From a virus: DNA of 64,000 nucleotides. Location: positions 9,812 to 73,811 of IMG/VR virus record IMGVR_UViG_3300029267_002158. One strand, 5' to 3'. Under the pieces are notes generated by a model that was not told the DNA's origin, did no database searches, and was given only the letters and a program-made list of their open reading frames with translations. A program made the position numbers and the translations under genes. This document shows positions 7,620 to 17,126 of this stretch, piece by piece. The first letter of the stretch is position 1. Each line of letters begins with the position of its first letter.

Positions 7620-10600
7620 CACATATTGTTCCAGAAAATGCGCGGCTGCTGACAGGGCAAGGGTTAAGTCTTTGCGCCAGAAGTTGTCGCGTGACGCGAT
7701 GAAGCTTATACCTGGAGATATTACGACTACAATGGTTGACGCCTTGGGAAACGGAGCTTACCGTGTATTGGAGGAATGGGCTACAACTCTTGCCGAGAGC
7801 AAGGAATTAGCACCTCCGTTGTTGTCATACACGAGTGAGTCAGGCGATTACTCTAATCGTTACGGCTCCATTCAAACAGATCACGCTTTGTACAGGGCGA
7901 CGGATCAGTTAGGGTATGACACGATAGATGATATGATGCGTAACGGTCAGGTTGCATTTGGCGTAGAGATGAAACGCTCTTGGTTGCTGAGCGTGTTCAG
8001 GAACTCGCGTTCTTGGGACATAGAGTGCCAAGACGAGGATACAAAGAACATTGTGCGCGCCATGATGAAGCGTGTACTCACCCGCCATGCCGGAGAGTTT
8101 ATGGAAGCCATTCCATACGGCAGTTACTTTGGCGAGAAAATATGGGACTTCAAGGAGGCCAGCTATTGGGGAATAGATGGTGTCCAGGATGATGAAAAAT
8201 ATTACGGACTAAAATCGATAGAGGCCATTCACCCAAGGTCCATAAACCGCATTGTGTTTGATGATTCCGGACATCACTTTGACGGCTTCGTGCAGAACCA
8301 GGCGTTCGGTGAACAGAAGATTCCTGTTGCCCAGTCACTTATTTTGACGTACAACAAGCATTTCCGCAATTTGTGGGGTACACCAGCGCTAGATCCGGTG
8401 TATCCTTTTTGGTTTTGGTACGAGGTGTGCATGCGCTCCTTCGTGCGATATATGGAGCGCATGGGCACGCCAGTGACAGTGTGTCGCGCCCCGTCGAGAG
8501 GCCAGATTCGCGTCCCTGATGGAGCGCTGATGAAGTCCATGAAGTACGCTTTTCTCGTGGCGGGCAATGTCGCAGAGTCAAATGCAGTTGCCTTGCCCAG
8601 TGATGTCGATCCTGACACTGGACAGAAGCTTTGGGAGCTTGAATACCTCGCTGACGACAAGCGCGGCACGCAGTTCAAGGACGCGCTAGAACTTCTTGGC
8701 ACGCTTATTATCAGATCGTTAGTAATAAGCGACAGAGCTATTACCCAGGGCCCAACAGGGAGCTATGCTGCTGCGGCGAAACACTTCGCCGTGACAATGT
8801 TGCACAACGAACATGTTTTGACACAATTCATCAATCAGCTAAATTCATATGTCATACCACAGATTGTCGAGTACAACATCGGGGCGAATGCTAAGCCGGC
8901 TACTCTTGTCACAGAAGGATTGGACCCGGAGGAGAAAGAGAGGTTATTCAAACTCCTCTCGACGATGGGCAATCAGGCCGGCCAGACCACAATGAACTGG
9001 ATAGACTGGAAGAAGATCTTTGCTGTAGAAAACATTCCAGTTCTTAACCAGGAAGACTACGACGCCCTCAAAGAGGAGAAACAGGCTGCCGCCGACGAAG
9101 CTATGGAGCGGCAACGGAAAACAGGTGGGCAGTTCCCAGAGAACGGAGAGGAAGAAGAGCCGGAAGAAAAGGACGAGTCAATTAGCGAGAAGGTAGAGCA
9201 ATCTGCCGACTGGGCTCTAATGCACATCGCAAGCGGAGCTAGATTTCCGGTTGTGTTAACAGCCGAGGGGGCGAATGCTATTTTTGACAGGCTTGGAAAG
9301 AGAAAATTCCAACTCGCTAATCCGTATCATGATCCATTTGGCAGATTCACATCAAAGGCCGGCTCGTCTGTGGCTTCTGGCGCGCAAGCGATTGCCGATA
9401 ACACATTCAGGGATCCAAATTGGGTTGCTGCCGCCGCTGTTGTTCATAGCGGCAAGGCCAGAGAGATCATGCGTAGCCCTGAAGAGAAGGCAAGGATAGA
9501 AAAGGAGACGAAGCTCGCCCTTGATGCAGTTCCAGAAGAATTGCGACGCAAGGATCTGCGTGTGAGGCACCACGCAGGCATAGGCACGTATGTGAGCGAG
9601 GCGGCAAGCATAGAGTCGATGGGCAATACAAACCCGATGGTCGCAATGTCTGCGGGGTACGTAAAACGAACCGGGGATCGCACGATTCATCTCTCACCAT
9701 CGGTTGTGAGGGAGCTCTCCAGTGACAACGAGGTTCAACGCGCCTTTGCCCGCCACGCTATTATTCACGAATCGCTCCATGCTCGCAAGAGAGAATTTGG
9801 CGCAGAGCAAATATTGAAGCGCATCCCGATCGTATCTGGTGTTTATGGCAATCTCTCCACGCCGATTGAGGAGGGATTGACAGACCTAATGGCAAGTCAG
9901 ATTAGCGGCGTGGCTGGTGCGGGGCCATACTCCAAGTACCGTGACAGAATGGCAAAGATTGCTATGTCCGTCTCTGGTAACAACAAAGAGAGGGCTAATC
10001 AATGGATAAAAGATTCACACAAACGGGCAACAGGCCCGATGGATTTGACACGCCAGTTAAACATGGCGGGTTACAAGACAAACCTCGTAGAGACCATAAA
10101 ATATCTTAGCGGAGGCAAGGGGTCTCTTGTAGATCAGATTGGTACCGCTAAGGGGTACGGAAACACGTTTACCCGCCCCACCAGGAAATACAAGGGGCAA
10201 TGGGAAACAGACACAAACCTTAAAAGGTTGGCGACTGGTGCAGCCGAGGCGCTGTCAGCCTCGTATTATAGAAAGGGGATTGCAACTGGTATTGGCGAAG
10301 CGCTAAAGGAGGCGATGAAGACGTGGCGGGAGATGGAAGGTGTGGATTTGGAGTATGAGGAATTTGCCCCTGAGGAGTGGGACTGGGATTTGTCTGTCAT
10401 TGCCTCAGCAGCCGGCAGCGAGATGAGTGACATCATTGCCGATGTGCCAGACGAGTACAAAGACGCGATAGTTACATACTTTGGCCTCGGCTACGATTTC
10501 GTACCTCGTATGCTTGGCGATTTCCCGAAGCAACAAGAGAAGTTGCTTGAGGCGCATTACCTGTTCAACCCATACCATGATAAAGATGGCGAGTTTACGT

Positions 10601-12327
10601 CAAAGAAGGATGCAACTGTAGTTACAAGAACCACGACGAAGCAGACGGCAAAGAAAACAAGCAAGAAGAATGGTAAGGAAGGATTCTTTCAAAAAGCTTA
10701 TTCAGCCATGAGTGCGGGGGCGCAAAAAGCATTACTAGCCCCCGCTGAATATATGTCTAGGAAGAGCGGTCTTGGCCCCAGGCTTGCTAAAATGGGCGTC
10801 GAGATAGGGTCTGATATGCTCATAGAGAAACTTGTTGGCGCTGCCGTCCTTGCCAAGGCGTCGGTGGCCGGCGCTGCTTTGACGCAGATAGCCGCAACGG
10901 CAATCATGGGAGCCGCAATGCCCGCTGCGCTGCCCGCTGTTGGTGGTGTACTGCTTGGCATTGGGGCGTCGTGGGCGATCACGACAGGGATTGACTACCT
11001 CCAGACAAGGAGTTTGAACGCCTATGTGAACAGATACTCACCAAAGGACGATCAGCACGTTACGCTGACCATGCCCAAGATGGGAAAGTTCAAGAAGGCG
11101 AGAATGCTATTCTCGTTTGCCCCAAAAGCAATTGTCGGGACAGGAAACATAATGGATATGATTAACGGTGGCGAGCTTGCATCAGGCATGGGGATGGAGG
11201 AATGGGATGCGGTAGTCCTCGAAAGTGACGACAAGCCGCCTAGTGAAACGCAAAAGTTTGTTGCCTCCATATGGCCGCTCGTCAGCCTCGTGCTTAGTGA
11301 TGAGAAAACTGACGGTATGAGGTTGCCATACCTGGAAACACTAGACGGGTTTCCAGGCTTTGAGAAGAGCGGGGAATACCTCGTGATGAACAAGGCAGGC
11401 GCGGAGAAATTCGCAGAGCATTACTCGGAAGCAGATTTCCCTGAGATAGAAAAGGTCTCGTTTGGAAACCCTGATGGCATGTGGAAGACATTGGAAGAAG
11501 AAGGGGCGCTGACACCAAAGGGATCAGAAAAGAAACTGGAAGCCTACCAGTTATTTAATCCGTTTCACGACAAAAAGGGACAGTTTGCCTCCAAGGGATC
11601 TAAGGCTATCAGCAAGGTTGGCACAAGATTGTCAAACATGCCTGATAATCTGGATATTGTATCTCATGATAGCAACAAGAGTGTGGAAAAGGCGCTTGGT
11701 GATTTCAGCAAAAATGGCTTGGCCGCCTACGATAACGGAAAGATTCACGTAACCCCCAGGGGAGTAGAGGTATTTGCCAAGAATACAAAGCTGAGGGATC
11801 ACGTGTACACTCACGAGGCTGTTCATGGCCGGCTGCGGGCCAATGGCAAGCCAATGGTCGCTAGAAACGTGAAACAAGCGCAGTTCGAGGAGGGGGCAAC
11901 GGACTTGATGGCTGCGGCTATCAACGGTTCTCCAAACCTCATAGCGTACAAGGGGTATGCGGCCTCCATCGCCACGATGGCAAGGGAATCATCCAAAAAT
12001 CAGGACGGCGCGTGGCGGTTTGTATCGGAGTCTCATTACAAGAATAGCGATCCTGGCTTCGCCCCTAGTCTGAAGCCTGGAAAATGGGAGGATGTGGAAT
12101 GGTTGATGTCAAGTGCGCCACAGAAGCTAGAGGACGTGTCAACGGAGGGTCTTGATGAGTGGAAAAAATCAGAAGAGGCAAAGTGGAGACACATCTACAA
12201 TATTACTGAGGGGGGTCCGGATTCCGAAGAGAGTAATAGAGGAAATGGAGATGGAGCACGGAAAGCTGGTAACGGACACCGGGCTAACGATGTGGTTGGA
12301 AAGAGTTCTGGCGATAAAGAAAGCTGA
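7561..12327 (+). CDS. Portal protein (DUF935/Mu gp29-like) fused to a ~1000-aa extension with two HExxH peptidase modules and a hydrophobic module
   Basis: Follows TerL; AIPYGSYFGEKIW, NLWGTPALDPVYPFW, YMERMGTP, GSYAAA; RBS AGGAG before ATG 7561; HESLH and HEAVH motifs. Confidence 0.85.
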   Translation: MSEIGVCARPGCQNELKTGSTYCSRKCAAADRARVKSLRQKLSRDAMKLIPGDITTTMVDALGNGAYRVLEEWATTLAESKELAPPLLSYTSESGDYSNRYGSIQTDHALYRATDQLGYDTIDDMMRNGQVAFGVEMKRSWLLSVFRNSRSWDIECQDEDTKNIVRAMMKRVLTRHAGEFMEAIPYGSYFGEKIWDFKEASYWGIDGVQDDEKYYGLKSIEAIHPRSINRIVFDDSGHHFDGFVQNQAFGEQKIPVAQSLILTYNKHFRNLWGTPALDPVYPFWFWYEVCMRSFVRYMERMGTPVTVCRAPSRGQIRVPDGALMKSMKYAFLVAGNVAESNAVALPSDVDPDTGQKLWELEYLADDKRGTQFKDALELLGTLIIRSLVISDRAITQGPTGSYAAAAKHFAVTMLHNEHVLTQFINQLNSYVIPQIVEYNIGANAKPATLVTEGLDPEEKERLFKLLSTMGNQAGQTTMNWIDWKKIFAVENIPVLNQEDYDALKEEKQAAADEAMERQRKTGGQFPENGEEEEPEEKDESISEKVEQSADWALMHIASGARFPVVLTAEGANAIFDRLGKRKFQLANPYHDPFGRFTSKAGSSVASGAQAIADNTFRDPNWVAAAAVVHSGKAREIMRSPEEKARIEKETKLALDAVPEELRRKDLRVRHHAGIGTYVSEAASIESMGNTNPMVAMSAGYVKRTGDRTIHLSPSVVRELSSDNEVQRAFARHAIIHESLHARKREFGAEQILKRIPIVSGVYGNLSTPIEEGLTDLMASQISGVAGAGPYSKYRDRMAKIAMSVSGNNKERANQWIKDSHKRATGPMDLTRQLNMAGYKTNLVETIKYLSGGKGSLVDQIGTAKGYGNTFTRPTRKYKGQWETDTNLKRLATGAAEALSASYYRKGIATGIGEALKEAMKTWREMEGVDLEYEEFAPEEWDWDLSVIASAAGSEMSDIIADVPDEYKDAIVTYFGLGYDFVPRMLGDFPKQQEKLLEAHYLFNPYHDKDGEFTSKKDATVVTRTTTKQTAKKTSKKNGKEGFFQKAYSAMSAGAQKALLAPAEYMSRKSGLGPRLAKMGVEIGSDMLIEKLVGAAVLAKASVAGAALTQIAATAIMGAAMPAALPAVGGVLLGIGASWAITTGIDYLQTRSLNAYVNRYSPKDDQHVTLTMPKMGKFKKARMLFSFAPKAIVGTGNIMDMINGGELASGMGMEEWDAVVLESDDKPPSETQKFVASIWPLVSLVLSDEKTDGMRLPYLETLDGFPGFEKSGEYLVMNKAGAEKFAEHYSEADFPEIEKVSFGNPDGMWKTLEEEGALTPKGSEKKLEAYQLFNPFHDKKGQFASKGSKAISKVGTRLSNMPDNLDIVSHDSNKSVEKALGDFSKNGLAAYDNGKIHVTPRGVEVFAKNTKLRDHVYTHEAVHGRLRANGKPMVARNVKQAQFEEGATDLMAAAINGSPNLIAYKGYAASIATMARESSKNQDGAWRFVSESHYKNSDPGFAPSLKPGKWEDVEWLMSSAPQKLEDVSTEGLDEWKKSEEAKWRHIYNITEGGPDSEESNRGNGDGARKAGNGHRANDVVGKSSGDKES

Positions 12328-12478
12328 GAATCCCAGTCTCAGGATCAAATTGCTTCGCCATCCGCTCATTGCTGGGGTTGAATTTATCCCGGCGGAGATC
12401 AAGGTGGGCAACTTTCTTGGAATGAAGGACATCAAGACAGGGTTTCACATATTCTTTAAAAGAAAGAGGGTGTACTAG
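12245..12478 (+). CDS. Hypothetical protein, or true C-terminus of the portal via a frameshift at G6 (12210-12215)
   Basis: Overlaps portal end; stop abuts the next ATG. Confidence 0.45.
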   Translation: MEMEHGKLVTDTGLTMWLERVLAIKKAENPSLRIKLLRHPLIAGVEFIPAEIKVGNFLGMKDIKTGFHIFFKRKRVY

Positions 12479-13066
12479 ATGAACAAAGAGGGATTTACAA
12501 AGGTTCCAGTTGGCTTACGATTAAGCGATGGGCGGACCGAGTATAAACACAGAAGATTTAAAGATGTCCTTGCGTTTCTTCATGACAGATACGGCGACAA
12601 GTATTTAAAGCTAGAACTTGGGCCGGGCAGGAAACAATCTTTGTTGACGCACCCGTCAATAGGATTGAATCCATCGGCTGACCCGGTGGCTGATATATTC
12701 TGGGATCTTAATAATGGCATTCCGCTACCCGGCGATTGTATCGACGAGATCTACTCGAATCAGACATTGGAGCATATCAAGCGAGAGAATTTTATCTTCT
12801 TGATGAATGAAATGTGGAGCGTAATGAAGGTTGGCGGTGTCATGGAGCACTGTGTACCGGAGTACACCTCCTCCGCCGCAGTCGGGGACCCGACGCACTA
12901 CAATATGTTTTCACGCGATTCTTTCAGATATTTTTGCATCCGCAACGACGGCACGATGTTTACTGACCGATTTTCTGACTACGGGATAACGTGCAGATTC
13001 ATGATGGAGTCTCAGGAGGTCAGGCCGGGACTTGACATCACTGTCAGAATGGTGAAGCTCAAGTGA
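12479..13066 (+). CDS. Class I SAM-dependent methyltransferase
   Basis: LELGPG, WDLNNGIPLP, QTLEHI, EMWSVMKVGG, DPTH. Confidence 0.8.
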   Translation: MNKEGFTKVPVGLRLSDGRTEYKHRRFKDVLAFLHDRYGDKYLKLELGPGRKQSLLTHPSIGLNPSADPVADIFWDLNNGIPLPGDCIDEIYSNQTLEHIKRENFIFLMNEMWSVMKVGGVMEHCVPEYTSSAAVGDPTHYNMFSRDSFRYFCIRNDGTMFTDRFSDYGITCRFMMESQEVRPGLDITVRMVKLK

Positions 13067-13596
13067 GAAAATATTGGAAATGCTTCCTCTCAACACTAAA
13101 GCACAAGTTCTATGTCTTGATTGCTGGCATGTGGCTTGGCGTTCCGCTGTGGCAATTGTTGGCACACGACATTAGCAAGTTTTCCGTTGCCGAGTTTCCG
13201 AGGTATGCAAGATATTATTTTGGGCAAGAAAAGGACAGAGGGGAATGGGCAAAGGCTTGGCACCATCACCAGCGGTTGAATGCACATCACCCAGAGTATT
13301 GGCTGCTGTCCTGGCGGTTCTGTGGAGGGGTGGGGCAGCCTGTTGCTGATAATGTTGTCGTCCTCCCTATGCCAGAGATGTATGTTCGCGAGATGGTTGC
13401 TGACTGGTTTGCGGCGTCCAAGATTTATACTGGCAGGTGGGACATAGCGACGTGGCTGAACAAGAATGGCCCAAAGATGATAATGCACAAGGGCACCGTG
13501 CGGCTCGTTGGGGATATTATGGTCGAGATGGGATACTACCTTACTGATAACTGCTCCTGGTCATGGATGGCGGGCGAAAGGTTTTTGAGAAAATGA
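13063..13596 (+). CDS. DUF5662-like His-rich (HD-like) protein
   Basis: HK..V, HDISKFS..EF, AWHHHQRLNAHHPEYW, MP..YVREMVADW. Confidence 0.7.
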   Translation: MRKYWKCFLSTLKHKFYVLIAGMWLGVPLWQLLAHDISKFSVAEFPRYARYYFGQEKDRGEWAKAWHHHQRLNAHHPEYWLLSWRFCGGVGQPVADNVVVLPMPEMYVREMVADWFAASKIYTGRWDIATWLNKNGPKMIMHKGTVRLVGDIMVEMGYYLTDNCSWSWMAGERFLRK

Positions 13597-14192
13597 ATTA
13601 TCTTATCGAGGAGTTGGTAAGAAGGCAAAACCTTACGGTGAGGGGGCAAGACTGGGATACAAACCACGAGCGTCTTACAAAAAATGTGGTTGATCAATTT
13701 GCTCCTCTTATTCCAAAGGGGAAGGTAGTTGATGTTGGTTGCGGGAAAGGACTTGCGAGGAAGCACTGGGTGCGTCACGGCTTTGATTGGGTTGGTGTGA
13801 CAATTGGCCCTGACTGGGAGTATATGAAGCACAAAGAGTGCGTGCGGGGTGATATGCACATCCTGTCAAGAATCGTTGACGCTGATGTTGTATACGCAAG
13901 GCATGTGCTAGAACATTCACCAATGCCGGTTGTGGCTCTGCGTCGGTGGATGGATATATCGACGCGCATTATTGTCGTTGTTCCAAAACCAACACCTCGC
14001 GCCATAGATGACACAGCGCACTTAAGCGTGTTGCCCAGAGTAAACTGGATTAAGTATTTCAACTTTCTTGGGTTGAGAATTGCGCTACAATCAGAAGTGG
14101 AGTACAGTAACCCAGCGCCGTGGCCGCAAACCGGTGGCGAGTTCAGATTTCTTCTATCACACAATCAAAAAAAGCTATTTTGCAGGAGGTAA
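13593..14192 (+). CDS. Class I SAM-dependent methyltransferase
   Basis: VVDVGCGKG, GDMH, YARHVLEHSPMP. Confidence 0.85.
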   Translation: MNYLIEELVRRQNLTVRGQDWDTNHERLTKNVVDQFAPLIPKGKVVDVGCGKGLARKHWVRHGFDWVGVTIGPDWEYMKHKECVRGDMHILSRIVDADVVYARHVLEHSPMPVVALRRWMDISTRIIVVVPKPTPRAIDDTAHLSVLPRVNWIKYFNFLGLRIALQSEVEYSNPAPWPQTGGEFRFLLSHNQKKLFCRR

Positions 14193-14195
14193 GGG

Positions 14196-14984
14196 GTGAG
14201 GCCCATTTTCTTTATTGGAAACAAGCGATCAGGCACGTCGCACGTGGTAAGACTACTCAATGCTCATCCGAATGTCCATGTGTGTTACGAGCAAGACTTA
14301 GCATGGATTCTATATCAGTGCGAAAAGGGATGGTGGCCTGATTTGGTGGGGTATAAATATGACACGCCTTATGGAATGTGGGGCGCTTTGTGGCGATGCA
14401 AGAACTATAATCACTTTGGAGGAATAAATATTGCGAATGACAAGCACGAAGCCATCAGGAATGCTTACTTTAAAGCATCCCTGGCATTGATGGAGGATTC
14501 TCCTTCTGGCAAGTTTCGTGACGCAATAAAGTGGATAGGCGATAAAAAGCCTGTCCAAAACGCAGATCCGGAGGTATTCGATTTCATACGAAGGCATTTC
14601 CCCGATGCAAAGTTTATACATCTCATTCGCCATGTGGCAGACTTCGCTGAGAGCACCAATTCCAGGATTGCGTGCTACAAGCACGGTCCAAAATTCTGGT
14701 ATTATGAAAGAGATCACCTATTCAGAATGTGGGCAATAATTGAGGGGTGGGTCCTGAGAGACAAGGAGCAAGCGCCGGATTGCATAATTGATGTACGATA
14801 CGAGGATTTGTGCAGCTCTCCCGTCGAGGAAATGGAAAGGGTGTTCAGTTTTCTCGATCTGGAGATGGATTCGCGCGTTGAAAGGATAGTCAGCGAGACC
14901 ACTACCCCCATCCCCAAGTACGATAGATCTGTTTCTGATTTCGGATCTGCGAGAGAGATAATGAGGGCGTACTCCTATGCGTAA
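14196..14984 (+). CDS. PAPS-dependent sulfotransferase
   Basis: IGNKRSGTS (5'-PSB loop), LLNAHP, GDKKP, FPDAKFIHLIR, VRYEDL. Confidence 0.9.
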   Translation: MRPIFFIGNKRSGTSHVVRLLNAHPNVHVCYEQDLAWILYQCEKGWWPDLVGYKYDTPYGMWGALWRCKNYNHFGGINIANDKHEAIRNAYFKASLALMEDSPSGKFRDAIKWIGDKKPVQNADPEVFDFIRRHFPDAKFIHLIRHVADFAESTNSRIACYKHGPKFWYYERDHLFRMWAIIEGWVLRDKEQAPDCIIDVRYEDLCSSPVEEMERVFSFLDLEMDSRVERIVSETTTPIPKYDRSVSDFGSAREIMRAYSYA

Positions 14985-15486
14985 GGCGTCATTTTTATTT
15001 TGCAGGGTCTTGTTTACTAAATTCGGCGTTGACCCGGCGGCGGGCAGGGCAATTGATGTTGGCGGGGCGGACAGGATTGTATATCTCAAAAAGAAGATGC
15101 CAAACCCCCTACTGGAGTGCAGTCCAGATCTGGACTTCTTCGACAATGGATTTCTTGGTTCTGATAATCGCGATTTCCTGAATGAGGATGACGTTGCTCC
15201 CCTGGAGGGCAAATACAACATTGTTTACAGCTTCGACACCTTGGAGCACGTCAAGGACCCGTGGTTGTTTTACAAAAACATGGTTCGTGTTTCAAAGAAG
15301 GGAGGGCATATATTTATAGCAGCGCCATTCAGGCGGCCTTACCATCCGTCCCCTGGTGATTATTGGAGGTTTACGCCGGAGGGGCTTAAGTTGCTTTTCG
15401 AGAAGATGGACAACGTCAAGGTTCTGGCCGCTGAGTGGGACATTGATCTTGTCGGTTCCGTTTTATTAGTCAGGAGGACAGAATGA
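14977..15486 (+). CDS. Class I SAM-dependent methyltransferase
   Basis: IDVGG, TLEHVKDPW, KKGG, PYHPSPGDYWRFTPEGL. Confidence 0.85.
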   Translation: MRKASFLFCRVLFTKFGVDPAAGRAIDVGGADRIVYLKKKMPNPLLECSPDLDFFDNGFLGSDNRDFLNEDDVAPLEGKYNIVYSFDTLEHVKDPWLFYKNMVRVSKKGGHIFIAAPFRRPYHPSPGDYWRFTPEGLKLLFEKMDNVKVLAAEWDIDLVGSVLLVRRTE

Positions 15487-16523
15487 AAAGAAATATCTTA
15501 CTGGTGATCATTGATTGCTTGCGTTTCGACAAAGTCAATGAGGATCTCATGCCGTTTACACGGCGATGGGGAATGGAGAATGTGTGGTTTAGCAATCACC
15601 GGGTTGTTAGCCATTGCACCGACCCATCTATCACAATGATGCTAAGCGGCGTTCATCCTGATGTAATTGGATTGTACTCAATGATGTACGAACACCGAGA
15701 TTACACTATTCCCAATGACATTAAAATGATCTCGGAGGTCGCTCGTGGGTATGGATACTTCACCGGCCTGGTATCTAACCTTGCGAGGTGGTATAGGCGG
15801 GGGCAGAATGTGTACCTTGATTGTCGCGGGTGGGCCGGAAGCAAAATCTTTGACGAATCTGTGCGGCTTGTCAAGAGTTTCAATCTTCCATGGTTCCTCA
15901 TTGTTCACGACGATTCCTGTCACCGTGAATACGAACGCGGCAGCTATGATAACGCTTGCCGCGCAGTGGATACCTATATCAAAAAGCTGCTCGATTCTGT
16001 TGACCAAGAAAACACAGACATCATTATCACGGCGGACCATGGCGAGGGACTGGGGCAGGAGAGCGTGACAGGGAGAAAGATTATCCAGCACGGATTTGGC
16101 CTCGATCCGTTTCTCACACACGTCCCTTTGCTGGTGAAGAGGGGGGCGGGCGATATGTTTCCCAAGAAATGTGTAATAGACCAGGTGACGGACAATATGT
16201 ATATTTACCAGGCGCTTAGATATAGAATTTGCGGCGCGAATGCCATTCCGGCGTTTGGCAGGCCGGTGTTTCAGGCTGGCGATACCCCGCCAAACATTCG
16301 ACATAGGGGCATTGTCCTCCCCGACCAGAAACAGTTCATTATCGAATCGCAGGGCGGAAAGGTGAATGGAAGGTATTATATAGGCCAATTCACAGAAGGG
16401 GAAAAGCGCAGCGCCGAGGAGATGTTGGCCGGCCACTGTTCCAGACATGGCATTGATTACTGGGCGGAGAGTATGGAGCCGGAGGCGGAATCAAGGCTAA
16501 GGGGGTTAGGATACTTTGGATAG
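15483..16523 (+). CDS. Sulfatase-like hydrolase/transferase (alkaline phosphatase superfamily)
   Basis: NILLVIIDCLRFD, CTDPS, IITADHGE, HG..L...HVPL. Confidence 0.85.
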   Translation: MKRNILLVIIDCLRFDKVNEDLMPFTRRWGMENVWFSNHRVVSHCTDPSITMMLSGVHPDVIGLYSMMYEHRDYTIPNDIKMISEVARGYGYFTGLVSNLARWYRRGQNVYLDCRGWAGSKIFDESVRLVKSFNLPWFLIVHDDSCHREYERGSYDNACRAVDTYIKKLLDSVDQENTDIIITADHGEGLGQESVTGRKIIQHGFGLDPFLTHVPLLVKRGAGDMFPKKCVIDQVTDNMYIYQALRYRICGANAIPAFGRPVFQAGDTPPNIRHRGIVLPDQKQFIIESQGGKVNGRYYIGQFTEGEKRSAEEMLAGHCSRHGIDYWAESMEPEAESRLRGLGYFG

Positions 16524-17126
16524 GATAAACGAGGACAGATTTAGTCTAATTCAAAGCAAGGAACTTGGTTACTGGAAGAACACGCATTGCGATCCTAGGG
16601 GCCGTGGTATCATTACGACAGAAGGTTCATCAGTCACATGAGGAGGTTTGATACTGTTGTTGATGTCGGGAGTGGCCCTGTCCCGTATTTCTGCAATCAC
16701 AACGTAAGGTTCGGGCGAGCGGTTGCCGTAGATCCCCTTGCTGTACCTTATTCCAAGATAGACAAATACCAACCATTCGTCAGCAAGTGCGAGTACTCGA
16801 CGGCGAGCGGAACCGTCGAGTTATTAAGCGGCTTTGCTGATGCTGTGTTTTGCATGAATACATTGGACCACTGCCAAGATCCAGCGTTTGTTCTGGGTGA
16901 GCTGAAGAGGATTGCAAGGCCAGTAAGTAAATTGTTTTTTCAGTGCGATGTTGGCAAGAAGCCAGACCACCTGCACCCGCACACCATTGATGCAGACTGG
17001 GTATCAAGTGTGCTTTTGAAATGGTTTTCTCCTATTGTGAATTATACCTCAAAGAGTTGGAAATTTGATTGCGATGTCTTATGGTTTGTGGGAGATATGA
17101 AAAATGAAAATAGTCCACGTCAGTAA
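16516..17126 (+). CDS. SAM-dependent methyltransferase, apparently split by a 1-nt frameshift at 16598-16601
   Basis: VVDVGSGP, AVDPL, CMNTLDHCQDP; N-terminal piece MDRINEDRFSLIQSKELGYW starts at TTG 16516 in another frame. Confidence 0.75.
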
